A stretch of 36,054 nt of DNA from Patescibacteria group bacterium (GTDB taxonomy: Bacteria > Patescibacteriota > Patescibacteriia > WFTA01 > S139-112). The notes under the pieces were generated by a model, which was given only the letters and a program-made list of their open reading frames with translations, searched no databases and was not told the DNA's origin. The translations under genes and the position numbers were made by a program. The DNA is taken from contig WFTA01000033.1 of assembly GCA_015485715.1 (NCBI GenBank), positions 1 to 36,054 of the forward strand. Reading direction: 5' to 3'. Positions 35,639 to 36,054 of the stretch are shown piece after piece. The first letter of the stretch is position 1. The number at the start of each line of letters is the position of its first letter.

Positions 35639-36054
35639 TTAAAATCTGCTCACTGTTTTATATTCTATGCCTTTGCAATAATCTATTTTCTTGATAAAAC
35701 TATCCCATTCTTTCTTTGTTATTTCTTGACTCAATATATATTTTACTCCCATTAAATGACTACTACTATACGAAAATAAATCGTTCTCCAAATCATGAAT
35801 TTCTTTGCATAGCTGATATTCATCTGGTCCCATTAAATTTTTCTCTTTCTTTTTTAATTCAAAAAAACTCTTGTTGAATTCCAAATATTTTTTATTCAAT
35901 TCATCTATTTTGGCAATAATCTTTTTTTCTTGTTCGGTTTTTTTAAATTTATGCAACAATAATCCCAAATATATCAATTTTTCTATTATTCGTGGGTGAT
36001 TATACCCATAACCAAGAGTTGCCTTTTCGAAATGTTGTTCTATTAACCTAACAT
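35639..36054 (-). CDS. Hypothetical protein, 5'-partial
   Basis: Frame stays open from 35977 to the window edge (..VRLIEQHFEKATLGYGYNHPRIIEKLIY..). Confidence 0.6.
   Translation of the reverse strand, partial: VRLIEQHFEKATLGYGYNHPRIIEKLIYLGLLLHKFKKTEQEKKIIAKIDELNKKYLEFNKSFFELKKKEKNLMGPDEYQLCKEIHDLENDLFSYSSSHLMGVKYILSQEITKKEWDSFIKKIDYCKGIEYKTVSRF

Noticed and set aside
35567-35755. 62-aa ORF
   Set aside because: Derived from the hairpin field and antisense to another gene.
1-36054. Alternative genetic code (TGA read as Gly)
   Set aside because: Conserved genes are full length under the standard code and several end at TGA next to the following feature.

Overview
An AT-rich bacterial chromosome segment in the standard genetic code. 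Gene content (short MurF, DUF4012 protein, PKD/sortase pair, split transketolase, short EF-Ts, tRNAs without encoded CCA) suggests Patescibacteria/CPR, probably Parcubacteria/ABY1; this is an inference. The + strand carries secD-secF, an RlpA-like gene, murF, tRNA-Glu, large surface proteins with a sortase, a GT2, secE-nusG-rplK-(membrane gene)-rplA and gatB. The - strand carries a sugar-phosphate cluster (two transketolase halves, a four-helix-bundle gene, three PfkB kinases, a DAHP-synthase-like gene) and rpsB-tsf. tRNA-Met and tRNA-Ile are on the + strand, followed by an accessory end region. The strongest signals are non-coding or missed by the ORF track: (1) a Phe/Tyr/Trp leader-peptide attenuator ahead of the PfkB + DAHP-synthase-like operon; (2) a layered intergenic repeat system of about 10 transcription-oriented heptamer cassettes, one enclosing the four-helix-bundle gene, invaded by a ~110-bp MITE-like element (4 copies) and ~22-nt hairpin units nested inside one another; (3) duplicated tRNA fragments interrupted by those hairpins; (4) a terminator/antiterminator/pseudoknot leader on rpsB; (5) a tiny double-UUCG RNA candidate; (6) a Cys-to-Ser sortase; (7) a frameshifted DUF3626-like gene. 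All family calls are motif recognition by eye, not database searches.
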